A stretch of 64,000 nucleotides of DNA from Cordylochernes scorpioides (taxonomy: Eukaryota). The stretch is from positions 139,359,418 through 139,423,417 of the forward strand of contig CP092864.1 of assembly GCA_030710605.1 (NCBI GenBank). The letters run 5' to 3'. How positions within the stretch are numbered: the first letter of the stretch is position 1; every line of letters begins with the position of its first letter. The notes beneath the pieces are model-generated. The model searched no databases, was not told where the DNA came from, and was given only the letters and a program-made list of their open reading frames with translations. Below are positions 1-10,061 of this stretch, piece after piece. The position numbers and the translations under genes were made by a program.

Positions 1-24
1 GAGGATAAACAGCACAGCAAAACT

Positions 25-392
25 TCTTCTTTCATATCTCCACTCAATCATATTAGGGTATCAAGTTGTGACCCTTGATGGTGTCTGTTTGACAACCATC
101 ATGACTAGGTGAAGTAGAATGCGTCTGCCTTTATCATTAAGACTGGGAACACTACTCAGTAGCAGACCGACTTAGCTCCAAAAGAAATGGCCGCCTCTGA
201 CATGAAGAACAGATGCCATGTGCAGCCACTCCTAACGTGGAGTACAAACGCTGCTCATCCTGTATCCCTGGATTAGGAGCCCTACAGGGTACTATCAGCA
301 GGGCCAGCTGAACCCAGGTTTTTTAGCGAGCTTGTTACTGCTCCCCCTCCTCCTTTTTCATCCGGGCTCGGGACCGGCAAAGGCGAAGCAAA
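25..392 (-). mobile_element. SINE-1 (~370-bp SINE with (GAA)n 3' tail), full copy
   Basis: The + strand reads 'cttctttcatatctccactcaatcatattagggtatcaag…gggtgaagtagaatgcgtctgcc…catccgggctcgggaccggcaaaggcg', the reverse complement of the family consensus. The family has about 17 copies in the window. Confidence 0.7.
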
Positions 393-469
393 ACTTCTGA
401 ACTCCTTGAAATCTTTCTGTTACTGAAAAAGTCTCAGTTTATTTAGTCCCACATTTGAAAAGGCACAAT

Positions 470-612
470 TTTGATTAGAGATTATAAACACAAGGTAATA
501 AGAACAAATCCAATTAAATAAATAGTGTATGACATTTTGGTAACAGCGTTGTTACCGAAACATCACACACTATTTATTTATTTGTATTTGGTCTTATTAC
601 CTTGTGTTTGGT
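470..612. mobile_element. MITE-1 (foldback MITE; arms 'ataaacacaaggtaataagaccaaatccaaataaataaatagtgtgtgacgtttcggtaacagcgttgttacc')
   Basis: The hairpin has its two arms back to back. The family has about 20 copies in the window. Confidence 0.7.
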
Positions 613-672
613 CACACATTTGATTCTTTCATTTTTAATTTTTCCATATTTTTCAAAAATATATATTTATAT

Positions 673-1265
673 CTTACTAGCGGACGTACCCGGCTTCGCC
701 CGGGTTTTACCCGAGTAAAAGTTTGTCTAACGAATCTCTCGATAAAGTGAACATTTTTTTCCCGGTCCCTTGAAAAATACTCGATAAGTTGAATAAAATC
801 AATATTAATTGGTTCCCTCGGTAATTGGAAGTAAAAGGAATAGTATCTTGCCTTGGAATTGTATCATTATTCTTGTATGGATGTACCCGGCTTCGCCCGG
901 GTTTTACCCGAGTAAAGGTTTGTTTAACGAATCTCTCGATAAAGTGAACATTTTTTTCCCGGTCCCTTGAAAAATACTCGATAAGTTGAATAAAATCAAT
1001 ATTAATTGGTTCCCTCGGTAATTGGAAGTTAAAGGAATAGTATCTTGCCTTGGAATTGTATCATTATTCTTGTATGGATGTACCCGGCTTCGCCCGGGTT
1101 TTACCCGAGTAAAGGTTTGTTTAACGAATCTCTCGATGAAGTGAACATTTTTTTCCCGGTCCCTTGAAAAATACTCGATAAGTTGAATAAAATCAATATT
1201 AATTGGTTCCCTCGGTAATTGGAAGTTAAAGGAATAGTATCTTGCCTTTGAATTGTATCATTATT
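673..1265. repeat. Tandem repeat, about 3 × 190 bp, inside Helitron-like family A
   Basis: The unit 'gtacccggcttcgcccgggttttacccgagtaaaggtttgt…ggaattgtatcattattcttgtatggat' repeats at about 690, 880 and 1070. Confidence 0.8.
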
Positions 1266-1590
1266 CTTGTCTCAAATAAATTGCCGTGTCATCCTGAATT
1301 TTGTCTTTCCTAATTTTCTACATTACAAAATCATCGTATCATCATGATAATATTTAGAGCAGATTGTTGAATTATAACAGATAAATTAGAATATTTATCT
1401 TGATTATTTCTAGGCGAAAAGTTATTTCAAAAATTTTATTTGCTAGAAACCTTCCCAGTACTATACTAAATAACTTCCCAAAGTTTCATGGCGATCCAAT
1501 GAGTGGTTTGGTCAGGCATAAAGGACAAACAAACAAACAAACAGACACACATACATTCATTTTTATATATATTATCTTATTTAATGCTTA
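673..1590 (-). mobile_element. Helitron-like non-autonomous element, family A (3 internal ~190-bp tandem units)
   Basis: On the - strand it ends …CCGGGCGAAGCCGGGTACGTCCGCTAG followed by T (CTAG at 673-676 on +). The other end is …acattcatttttatatatat (1560-1585). Copies of the same ~900 bp are at 41640-42330 and 62405-62896. Confidence 0.55.
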
Positions 1591-1599
1591 GAACTAGTA

Positions 1600-1740
1600 A
1601 AGATACATTTCCAGTCTTTGATTTCCAGACTTAAGTCTGGTCATCTACGGACAATGACTTTCCAGAATGGTTGCAAAGTTTTCCCACTATGTACTAAGTG
1701 CAATTCTCAACCTGCAACCCCAAAACACATTATTGACTGT
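1600..1740 (-). mobile_element. LINE-b internal fragment
   Basis: Reverse complement of the 42690-42800 block. Confidence 0.4.
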
Positions 1741-1747
1741 ATTGACT

Positions 1748-2036
1748 TATTTTCGACCGCTACGACCCAGGATTGAATCCTGCATTGGGAAATTTTTGTT
1801 ATAAAAAATAATTTTAAAAAATGCTCTAATGGCCCCTGATTCTTGCAAAAGTCCAACTCCATCAGCGAGTGCAAGTAACCAAATGGGGCTCTGGCACATT
1901 TGCAAGTGCAAAAGTTAAACTGCCTTTCACATGTGTAGACATGTGGTGCACTTACAGTAAAAGCAGTTACCTAACTTCTACCCACCCCATGATTATCATA
2001 GCTTGTACTGTGTGTACTAAGGATAAGTAAAAATTG
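1748..2036 (+). mobile_element. SINE-2 (tRNA-derived SINE), 5'-truncated
   Basis: …ttttcgaccgctacgacccaggattgaatcctgcattggg… gctctaatggcccctgattcttgcaaaagtccaac… ctacccaccccatgattatcatagc…ctaaggataagtaaaaa. Confidence 0.65.
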
Positions 2037-2454
2037 TTCCATAAATTATGGGTTACCCATGGTGAGCCAATGAGCTGAGGTAAAGGCTGGAGTTCCCCCA
2101 TAAGGGTTAAAATGAAAACAATTCTCATTTAATATAGGTTCTCTCTGGGCAACTCTGTGCTTCACTCCCATCAATAATTGACAATATGACCCAGAATAAG
2201 TATATTGCTACGGCGTTTTATGGTTTCCACAAGTCCATATCTCAGAAGAAGGCCAAGTGACACTCACTCCTCACTTTCTTAATGCTACTCTTTTTGTGTT
2301 GTTTTTCTTGCTTCCCTCTTTCTCTTTCTTGTTTTTTTTTCTCTTTTTTTTTTCTTTTTCTTCTGTCTATATCGTTGTTTCCTTTGTCTCACTGCTTTGT
2401 TCTTATGCATACCTCTGGTGAATCCTGTATAGGTTCTCTCACACACAAACATCT

Positions 2455-2690
2455 ACAAGGTAATAAAGACCAAATCCAAATAAATAGTGTGTGGCATTTC
2501 AGTAACAGCGTTGTAACCATCATCAGACAAAAGACCTGTCTTTATTATCTTGTAGTTCTAATCTATAATCTAGTATTTTTTTCTGATGATGGTAACAACG
2601 TTGTTGCAGAAACATCGCACACTATTTATTCATATGTATTTGGTGTTATTACCTTTTAGATTTAATCTATAATCCAAATTGTGCTTCTTT
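2455..2690. mobile_element. MITE-1 copy
   Basis: Arms 'caaggtaataaagaccaaatccaaataaatagtgtgtggcatttcagtaacagcgttgtaaccatcatcagacaaaag' and its reverse complement. Confidence 0.65.
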
Positions 2691-2799
2691 ATCAGGTTCT
2701 TTTTTTTTTTTTTGGCAATTGTGATAGAATATAGGTCACCTGCTGTTTGGCACAGTACCTAAATAATGGTATTGTCGAACCTCTTTAAATTAACACCCC

Positions 2800-2895
2800 A
2801 AAGAATCAAAAGGTAATAAGACCAATCCCAAATTATTGAAATGTTTGTGTCATTTTGTAAACAGGATTGTTACCATCATCAGACAAAGTACTAAA
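2800..2895. mobile_element. MITE-1 half copy
   Basis: aaaaggtaataagaccaatcccaaattattgaaatgtttgtgtcattttgtaaacaggattgttaccatcatcagacaaag. Confidence 0.5.
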
Positions 2896-2965
2896 TACAG
2901 TCGAACCTCTTTAATTCAACACCCCAAGGGATCAGGGCTTTCGGTTGAATTAAAGGAAGTGTTGA
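2890..2965. mobile_element. 'ttaattcaac' mini-MITE (palindrome 'ctttaattcaacaccccaagggatc|agggctttcggttgaattaaagg')
   Basis: Relatives at 25790-25895, 33960-34150, 34950-35040 and 53490-53610. Confidence 0.45.
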
Positions 2966-3699
2966 ATTAAGGTTATATGATTAGGTAATCATCTAACTCG
3001 CTAAAATAATATTTTTTTTAAATAGCTTTGTAATATAAATTAATGATATTAATTGAAACCATTGTGTGTTTTTATATTATTTTCATGATTAACTTTTAGA
3101 ATCAGTGACCAAATGGCATTAATACATATTTTAGAAACATAAATAATTGTAACAAATAAATTTATTGGCAATGTGTTTCTTTTCAGTAATATATTCAAAT
3201 ATTAACTCTACAGACATTAAAATATTAAATATAATATATTAAATAATATTTTATTCTAATTGAAAAATATAGCAGTTGAAAGGAAATAAATATGGTAAAT
3301 ATATAAAAAGAAAATTTTAAAATATTATTTTAAAATAATCATGAAGAGATCTTTTAAAAAATTCCTTTATAGATATCTGTTTTTGCACTGAAATCCTATT
3401 CAGGATGTATTCCAGATGGCATTTTGAAAAAACATGCATGCCTTTCTTCCTCTGAAATGTCTTTTAATAAATAAATTTTAATGTATTAAAGGCATCCACT
3501 GCTGCTGCAGGTGTTATTGATTTTGTGTTTAAATCTTTTATAATAACACAGAAATGGAATATTGAAATAAAATGTTATCATAATTATTGTTGGATCATTT
3601 TATAAAGATTTATTTATTTAAAAAGAAATTATTTATAAATTTAAAAATAGCTAAAATATTTTAATGTTAAAAATAAAAAAATAAAATTATTATTAGTTA

Positions 3700-4070
3700 G
3701 CGCATGATGCCGAAATTCCCGCGTAAAAAAAAACCAACAATAACATCCGCGAAATTGCGCAACGGCACTGCAAAGTGAAACTTAAACTAACCAGAAACCA
3801 AAAGTGCGCAGGCGCGATCGTATCGGCGCCCGCCGATGCCGATCGTCGCCGCCGTAATACCGTTTAGCGGTAAAGTTGCATGTAAAATAACATTCAACTG
3901 TCGAAATTCGAATTTTAAAATGGTCGAACTATCGGAACTGTCGTATTATCGATACTGTCGAATTACGGTTTGTTATTTGATAGGCTGGAGGTCGGGACAT
4001 CGGAACATGGTCGAATTATCGCCGAGTGTCGAATTGGGGTGTGTCGAATTAACGAGGTTATACTGTATTT
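3700..4070 (+). promoter_or_regulatory. Candidate CpG island / promoter region upstream of the syntaxin-1-like gene
   Basis: High local CpG density (gcgcaggcgcgatcgtatcggcgcccgccgatgccgatcgtcgccgccg) in an otherwise CpG-poor, AT-rich window. It lies about 3.8 kb upstream of the first coding exon, of which about 1.8 kb is TE. This is an inference only. Confidence 0.3.
3895..4065. repeat. CpG-rich cluster of about 7 reiterated 'GTCGAA(T/C)TA' motifs
   Basis: ctgtcgaaattcgaa / ggtcgaactatcgg / ctgtcgtattatcgatactgtcgaattacgg / ggtcgaattatcgccgagtgtcgaattggggtgtgtcgaattaacg. Confidence 0.6.
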
Positions 4071-4074
4071 TATT

Positions 4075-4172
4075 CTATTTAAGACTTTTGTCTAAGGATG
4101 ATAACAATGCTATTACCGAAATGTCACAAACCTTTCCTTTATTTAGATTTGATCTTGTTACCTTTTGATTCT
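4075..4172. mobile_element. MITE-1 half copy
   Basis: tctaaggatgataacaatgctattaccgaaatgtcacaaacctttcctttatttagatttgatcttgttacctttt. Confidence 0.5.
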
Positions 4173-4183
4173 AATACAGTAGA

Positions 4184-4353
4184 ACCTCCCTGTAAAGGAC
4201 ATCTAATTGTAGAGCCAAAGTGTCCTTTAGAGAGAGGTGACCTCTTACAGGAGAGTTGCTAAATATTAAAAATGGTAATTTTACAAATGAAAACTGTCCT
4301 TTATAGAGAGGTGTCTACTAGCAGGTTGTCCGCTAAGAGGAGGTTCTACTGTA
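4184..4353. mobile_element. MITE-2 (Tc1/mariner-like Stowaway-type MITE; TIR 'atacagtagaacctccctgtaaaggacacctaattg.agagccaaagtgtcctttagagagaggtg')
   Basis: Long TIRs, about 170-200 bp in total, TA at both ends. About 13 copies in the window. Confidence 0.7.
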
Positions 4354-5212
4354 TATAATCCAATTTATATACACCTTATCATTTTGACACCACCCCAAAG
4401 GTTAGATGCTTCTGGTTAAATTAAAGTAGGTAATTTGGTTGAAACTTGAAAACTCTGACTGAACTATGGTATGTGTTGAATTATAGTCTGTTGAATTAAC
4501 TGTACATTAATACCAATTAGTACCAATTAGGTTAATTAAGAAGATGTTTGTCTGCTACGCAGTCTTGCTTGCTTTTATACAGACAAACCCTACATTTAAA
4601 ATTATCTGAAATAAAGATTGAGGATCTGAAATTACTCCACCTCCAAAGAGAAGATAACCAAAAGTTTGAAGGTTTTTTTTTTTAGTTATTTCCACATGTT
4701 GATTAGTTTGGTGTCTATTTTGATGGGAGAGACAACCTTTATTTTTATAGATCAATTTACTCACCGCAAGATCTATATATATGTTATATATAAAAACAAA
4801 TGAGATTTGATTTTCTGCTTGATTTTTGATCATGTTGAGGATTATGGTAATGTAATGCAGTCGTGGTTAAATCTTGAAAGTATATGATAATAAAAATAAT
4901 TTTGATCAGTAATTTAATTGAACTAAAGGAATATATAAAAGAACATAATTTGATAAAAGTAATGCCTGGCTTAAGGCAAGTAAAACAAGGAAAAACAAAA
5001 GAATATTTACATAATGTAAAAAAGTTTTGAGCCGGCCATTGGGATAAAACAACAACAATGAGTATTTATAGAGAAAGCGTGACCTCTGGCGGTCGATTTA
5101 AACAGAGTATTTGAATCGATGAAATATAATTTTAAAATAATACCTTTATATAACATACTAAACGAATGACCCGGGCAACGCCCGGGTTTACACGATTAAA
5201 TGTATATTATTA

Positions 5213-6468
5213 GGAGTACAAATAAGTTTTGAGGGATTTTTTTATAAATTCGAAGCTTTATTCAGAGAAATTAGTACAATATATTTCATTCAAAGTATTG
5301 TCCATCTTTAGCTACGACTTTTTCCCATCTTTCAGGCAGCATACGGATATCGTGTCGAAAAAATTCCTCGTCTTTTGAGGCGATCCAAACATTGACCCAA
5401 TTTTTCGCCTCTTCGTAAGAAGTGAAGTGCTGCTCGGCCAGGCCATGTGTCATCGAACGGAACATGTGGTATTCTGAAGGAGCAATGTCTGGTGAATACA
5501 GCGGGTGGGGTAGGACATCCCATTGAAGCGCCTCCAAAGTCTCCTTGACAACTTTTGCAACATGTGGCCGAGCGTTGTCGTGCTGATAGATCACCTTGTC
5601 ATGTCTTTTGGCATATAGTGGGCATTTAATCTTCAATGCTCGGCTTAATCGCATCAATTGTTGTTGGTAACGTTCTCCAGTGATGGTTTCGTTAGGCTGA
5701 AGTAGCTCATAGTAGATCACTCCGAGCTGATCCCACCAGATGCACAGCATTTGCTTCTTGCCATGAATATTCGGTTTGGCCGTTGAAGTTGATGCATGAC
5801 CGGGCTTAACCCACGATTTTCCGCGCTTTGGGTTGTCGTAGTGAATCCACTTTTCGTCCCCCGTCACGATTCGATGCAAAAAAACCCTTCCGATTTTGTC
5901 TTTTGAGCAGTAGTTCGCACGTGCAAATACGGCGCTCGATGTTTCCTGGCTTGAGTTCATATGTAACCCAATTTCCTTGTTTTTGCACCATACCCATGAC
6001 CTTGAGACGGTTCGAAATCGCTTGTTGAGTCACTCCCAAGGTTTCAGCGAGCTCCTCTTGAGTTTGGCTTGAATCTTCGTCCAATAAAGCCTCCAACTCA
6101 GCGTCTTCGAACTTTATTGGCCTCACTCCGCGTTCTTTGTCTCTGGTGTCAAAATTGCCACTTTTGAAACGCCGAAACCAGTACTCACATGATTTTATTG
6201 ATAGAGCATGTTTACCATATGCCTCACACAGCAATCGATGTCCATCAGTTGCACTTTTCTTCAAATTAAAACAAAAAAGCAGCGCTTCCCGCAAATTGTG
6301 TTTTGTTGGCAAAAAAGTTGACATGGTTAGAGCACCAAAAAAAAGTTCCTTACACTTGAGTAAAAGACTTCTTCTGATTTTTTTGGGGAAATGATGAAGG
6401 TCTGATGCTATTTATATAATATTTGTTGTGGCTTCTTTTGCAAATCCCTCAAAACTTATTTGTACTCC
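5213..6468 (-). mobile_element. Tc1/mariner (Mos1-like) DNA transposon, defective copy
   Basis: About 27-bp TIRs: ggagtacaaataagttttgagggattt (5213-5239) and its reverse complement (6442-6468). The internal transposase shows close similarity to Mos1. Confidence 0.85.
5286..6324 (-). pseudogene. mariner (Mos1-like) transposase, frameshifted. N-terminal HTH part is ORF 5806-6324; DDE/D part is ORF 5286-5960.
   Basis: Peptides match Mos1: 'LLFCF.LKK.A...HR.L.EA.G', 'HRIVTGDEKWI.Y.NPKR', 'WWDQ.GVIYYELL', 'HDNARPHVA', 'PHP.YSPD.APS.YH'. The two ORFs overlap in different frames, which indicates a frameshift. Confidence 0.85.
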
Positions 6469-6929
6469 AAATACATATGGAAGATGGACGTAGTTCCCGC
6501 AGGTCACCCGCGAGGCTTTTTTCTGTGTCACCAACTCTGCCCCCGCGCGCCAGGACCTCTTGATCCCTCTGATTGGTCGGTGGGAACTTGGACTGTCCAA
6601 CCGGCCGGCAGCCAGACGATTACATTTTCTCGGAGGGGGGGGGGGCCCGGGGGCAGGGAAGTCACATGCTTGCCGGCAGCCAATGGGCGCGTGCCGCCGT
6701 CAGATCGCCTGCGTTCTAGAGGGCGCTGCTCGTGAGCTAAGTAGAATAATTTGAATATATAGTTTTAATAATTGATTTATATATTTTTTAAAATAGCCTA
6801 TCGTCATCCCCGTTAATTTTTACCTATGTATGGAAATTTTGGTTTGAATTAGTGAACTACTGCGAATTTGTATACCGTGCATACAGACCAACAGACAAAC
6901 ATACAAACATTCATTTTTATATATATAGA

Positions 6930-7210
6930 TATATATGTGGCAATATAATAAGGTGGGGAAAGAGAAATAATCACACCACAAGTTTGGAAGAGGAACCCAG
7001 GCAACCAGAGAGAGAGAGAGAGAGAGCCGGGCCCGGCAAAGCCGGGCGTCCGTTCGTGTCGCCCACAATCCCCCAACTGTCTTAATAGTCCCGAGGTTCC
7101 AAGTAACAGGCCCCAGTGGTCGCCCCTTGGAATGTCGCTGATGTCTAAAGGGACCGGACTTTACCCGCCTGTCTCTCTCTGGGTCGACTGTAGGTTTGCT
7201 TTATTATTCC
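6930..7210. repeat. Unclassified ~280-bp interspersed repeat (2 copies: here and 49935-50245), flanked by (TA)n
   Basis: About 85% identity between the two copies. It contains (GA)n and 'gggcccggcaaagccgggcgtccgttcgtgtcgc'. Confidence 0.6.
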
Positions 7211-7504
7211 TGGAAGAGTATATATTGTGACATATACCTATATCATTTTGTGAAAATATAAGAAAAAAATAGAAAAATCCTGACCTTTCACAAGAACATT
7301 TAAGATTGCAGAGTGCCATCTAGTAGAACAAATATCACATGATTAGCATGACCTTTATACCAAGTGTACTAGGGATAATAATAATAATTATAAGAAGACA
7401 TTTGTCATTTTCATTTTGTAGTTTCCCCATTGAATATAGGTCAATAAAATATATTGAGAATTTGAAACTATTATAGATGCGTATGATTATTATTATTATT
7501 TTTT

Positions 7505-7690
7505 TTTTATTTAACAATTTTCTACTGCCCTTACTGCAATAAAAAAATTAATAGGAGAAGCTCATCAGTGGTGACCCCTCATAGCAGTTTCGCCAGTTTA
7601 ATCTACCATTCACTGCTGAGCCAGGCCCTACCATTAATTTTTCATTGCAGTAAGGGCAGTAGAAAATTGTTAAATAAAAAAAGAATCATA
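7505..7690. mobile_element. Palindromic foldback element P1 (arms 'caattttctactgcccttactgcaat.aaaaattaat.g…ctcatcagtggtgacccctc')
   Basis: Near-perfect inverted arms. Relatives are at 10848-10915, 27290-27360, 28346-28547 and 54180-54320. Confidence 0.6.
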
Positions 7691-7814
7691 CGCGTCTATA
7701 ATAGTTTCAAATTTTCATGACAGATGGCGCGCTAAAATATATTGAGTTGTCCCTCTTATGTGGGAGATTGGTTGTGCTATAGAAGAATATCTTTCCACTT
7801 CCAAGGTCCACTTG

Positions 7815-7907
7815 ATGTTCCAGAAACTGGCTCCCAGGAGTGAGGAAGATAGCTGCAGAGTCCAGATCTACACGGATAGTCCGAGGTTGGAGGAATTCTT
7901 CACGGAG
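7815..7907 (+). CDS. STX1: syntaxin-1-like t-SNARE, first coding exon (N-terminus 'MFQKLAPRSEEDSCRVQIYTDSPRLEEFFTE')
   Basis: ATG at 7815. The exon ends ...acg gag|gtaagt (donor GT at 7908). 'RLEEFFTE' aligns with the conserved syntaxin-1 'RDRFMDEFFEQ' that precedes the Habc helix. The phase-0 end joins the next exon in frame. The 5' boundary is uncertain: an in-frame ATG also exists at 7758. Confidence 0.5.
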
Positions 7908-8340
7908 GTAAGTCCCAACCTCCAGGAATGCCCATAATATGAGGAGTTACCATTATGGTTGAACACTAGGACACACAAGGGACATCTTAGAAACATATGG
8001 CCTCCCTGACATTTCTGTCCATAAGTCTGCCCTCACAGAGAAATTTGTTGATCCAAAATGCTGAACTTGTTTGAAGTCTCTCCCATACTTTCCAATAATA
8101 ACATTTTTTTAAAATAAAAAAGTCATTAAGAGCTGAAGTTTGAAAAAGGAAGGAACTCTATGAATAAAACTGACACCTAGAAAATCTTTAAGACTCTAAG
8201 CTTTTTCTACAGGCTAAATAGCTCGGCTATTTCAGATTTAAAAAGTTTTCTAATATGGAATGTCATCATCTTCCTTCTTGGACAAGTTAATTTTCACATC
8301 TACCTGTTTAAGGCCCAACATTTCTTTAGCTTATTTAAAT

Positions 8341-8444
8341 ATACAGTAGAACACCTCTTTGTAAAGGAAAACACCTAGTTGCTGGGCCAAAGTGTCCTTT
8401 AGGGTGAGGTGTGCTCCAATGGAAAAGTTTCTTTTTAGTAAAAA
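8341..8444. mobile_element. MITE-2 left half, a duplicate of 8848-8951
   Basis: 104 bp identical to the start of the full copy downstream. The two are separated by the Helitron-like element. Confidence 0.6.
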
Positions 8445-8850
8445 CTAGCCGAATGACCCTGGCAACGCCCGTGTTTTACCCGATTGATTGTTTTGATTCA
8501 AATACTATTTGTTACAATTATAAATTGGCGCCTTAAATAAATGCATATATTAGTTAATAACTATAGCCTATGTGCTTTATCTGTCTATGTACTGTTGGCT
8601 TCCGTAGGCGTCTCTTACTGGGAAAAAGAAAGAGAGGATTCCATTTAGTTATTAACTAATATATGCATTTTTATTTAAGGAGCGACCTGCTCCAACACAA
8701 TAGTTACAAAAACCAAAAAGCGAGTGGGGGGGGGGCAAAGGTGGCGTGATCGTAGCCAACCAATAGGAGAGCGCCATTCCAGAAAAAAAGCAAACGGTGA
8801 CAGAGATGAAGAATTAAGAATGCATGACGCTCGTAACTGTATATAGAATA
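8445..8850 (-). mobile_element. Helitron-like element, family X (~410 bp)
   Basis: It begins CTAGccgaatgaccctggcaacgcccgtgttttacccgatt (reverse complement: hairpin, ~8 nt, CTAG|T). It ends …caaacggtgacagagatgaa…gacgctcgtaactgtatatagaata. Near-identical copies are at 10062-10470, 38440-38865 and 27764-28165. Confidence 0.6.
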
Positions 8851-9036
8851 CAGTAGAACACCTCTTTGTAAAGGAAAACACCTAGTTGCTGGGCCAAAGT
8901 GTCCTTTAGGGTGAGGTGTGCTCCAATGGAAAAGTTTCTTTTTAGTAAAAATGGTCATTTGGGTGATATGAAAACTGTTCTTTGTAGAGAAATGTCTGAT
9001 GAAAGTCTCTTCCTCTCATGGAGGATTTTCTACTGT
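8848..9036. mobile_element. MITE-2 full copy
   Basis: atacagtagaacacctctttgtaaaggaaaacacctagttgctgggcc… through …catggaggattttctactgtat. Confidence 0.7.
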
Positions 9037-9828
9037 ATCATAAAATAGTGTTCAAATGCTCTCAAGAGCCCCTTAGACTACAGTAGGTTCCCAAACACCT
9101 TCAACTTCACATCTATTTTATAATGCCCCCCCCCCCCCCCAACAAAGTCTTCTATAAGAAGAACTAATCCCCTCTAAAAGTTTTCATTGCCCACTGGAAG
9201 GTTGAACTTACCGCCCACTTTGAGATAATTCCTATCTTTTCTTGTTTCTTGGAAAGTTCCCCTCCAAGAGTTGGTTTACTACCAGACCCACAGTCCACTC
9301 CTGACACTTGGTGGGTTTGCCAGTCTGCAGGTTTAACAGGAGCCACCAAAAGGGATTTATTACAAATATCTATCTTACAGTAATTTGTGGATTTACCCTA
9401 GAATTTGATATGCTTTGGTTAATGCCTCTCCTTTTACCCCACTGAACCGAGAGACTAAAAATGCTCACTAATCTTGGAAGTTGTCATTCTTTGGAAGATC
9501 ACAACTGCATGTATATATCTTACAAACTCTTTATTTTCCTTCAATTTGTTTTCTAAGCAATCTCTGTAAAGAACACTTGGCTTATGACTTGGCATTATCT
9601 AAGTTATCCCAATTTCATACATGCTCTGCAGCTTCTCACATTCAAGTCTAGCAGCTTTAACAACACCTAGCTATGAGAATGATGTAAAACTGATCTGTAT
9701 CAGTGAAATAGAAAATGTGAATTGACAGAAGTGGAGTACTAGCATTAAAACACATTGAAACTAATGCCATATATCAACCATTATCTGAACTACACTCATG
9801 GACAATACATAAAGAAGTTGTACCTTGA

Positions 9829-10058
9829 TTAGGCACAATTTGGATTATAGATTATAAACACAAGGTAATAAGACCAAATCCAAATAAATAAATAGTGTGT
9901 GACGTTTCGGTAACAGCGTTGTTACCATCTTCAGACAAAAGTACTGAATAAGAAAATTTTACCACAGCATGTGGCTGAAAATGGTAACAACGCTGTTACC
10001 AAAACGTCAAACACTATTTATTTATTTGGATTTGGTCTTATTACTTTGTGTTTATAAT
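9829..10058. mobile_element. MITE-1 full copy
   Basis: Both arms are near-perfect. It abuts the Helitron-like element at 10062. Confidence 0.75.
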
Positions 10059-10061
10059 CTA

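Larger units (their letters stand above)
5157..6930 (-). mobile_element. Helitron-like element (family B) interrupted by the mariner at 5213-6468
   Basis: The 5157-5212 end 'ctaaacgaatgacccgggcaacgcccgggtttacacgattaaatg' is a hairpin terminus homologous to the other copies. The 6716-6928 end '…gtgaactactgcgaatttgtataccg.gcatacagaccaacagacaaacatacaaacattcatttttatatatatag' matches the ends at 14820-14960, 18215-18440 and 38235-38420. The mariner sits between the two ends. Confidence 0.45.

Noticed and set aside
1400-1591. ORF 'M.ISRRKVISKILFARNLPSTILNNFPKFHG.PMSGLVRHKGQT' found twice (also 62362-62583 on the - strand)
   Set aside because: Both copies are within Helitron-like family-A elements. 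The identity reflects repeat copies, not a conserved gene.
2282-2659. 125-aa ORF rich in F, L, S and C
   Set aside because: It lies in a CT-rich low-complexity tract plus a MITE-1 arm. It is a compositional artefact.
6460-6754. Two overlapping ORFs of 64 and 91 aa (Pro/Gly/Arg-rich)
   Set aside because: They arise from the local GC richness (G14 run, CpG block). There is no similarity to anything and no splice context. They are more likely regulatory or TE-derived than coding.
7758-7814. Upstream in-frame ATG that would extend the first syntaxin exon by 19 aa (MWEIGCAIEEYLSTSKVHL)
   Set aside because: The extension has no similarity to syntaxin N-termini. The ATG at 7815 aligns with the conserved Met. 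The true start stays uncertain without transcript data.
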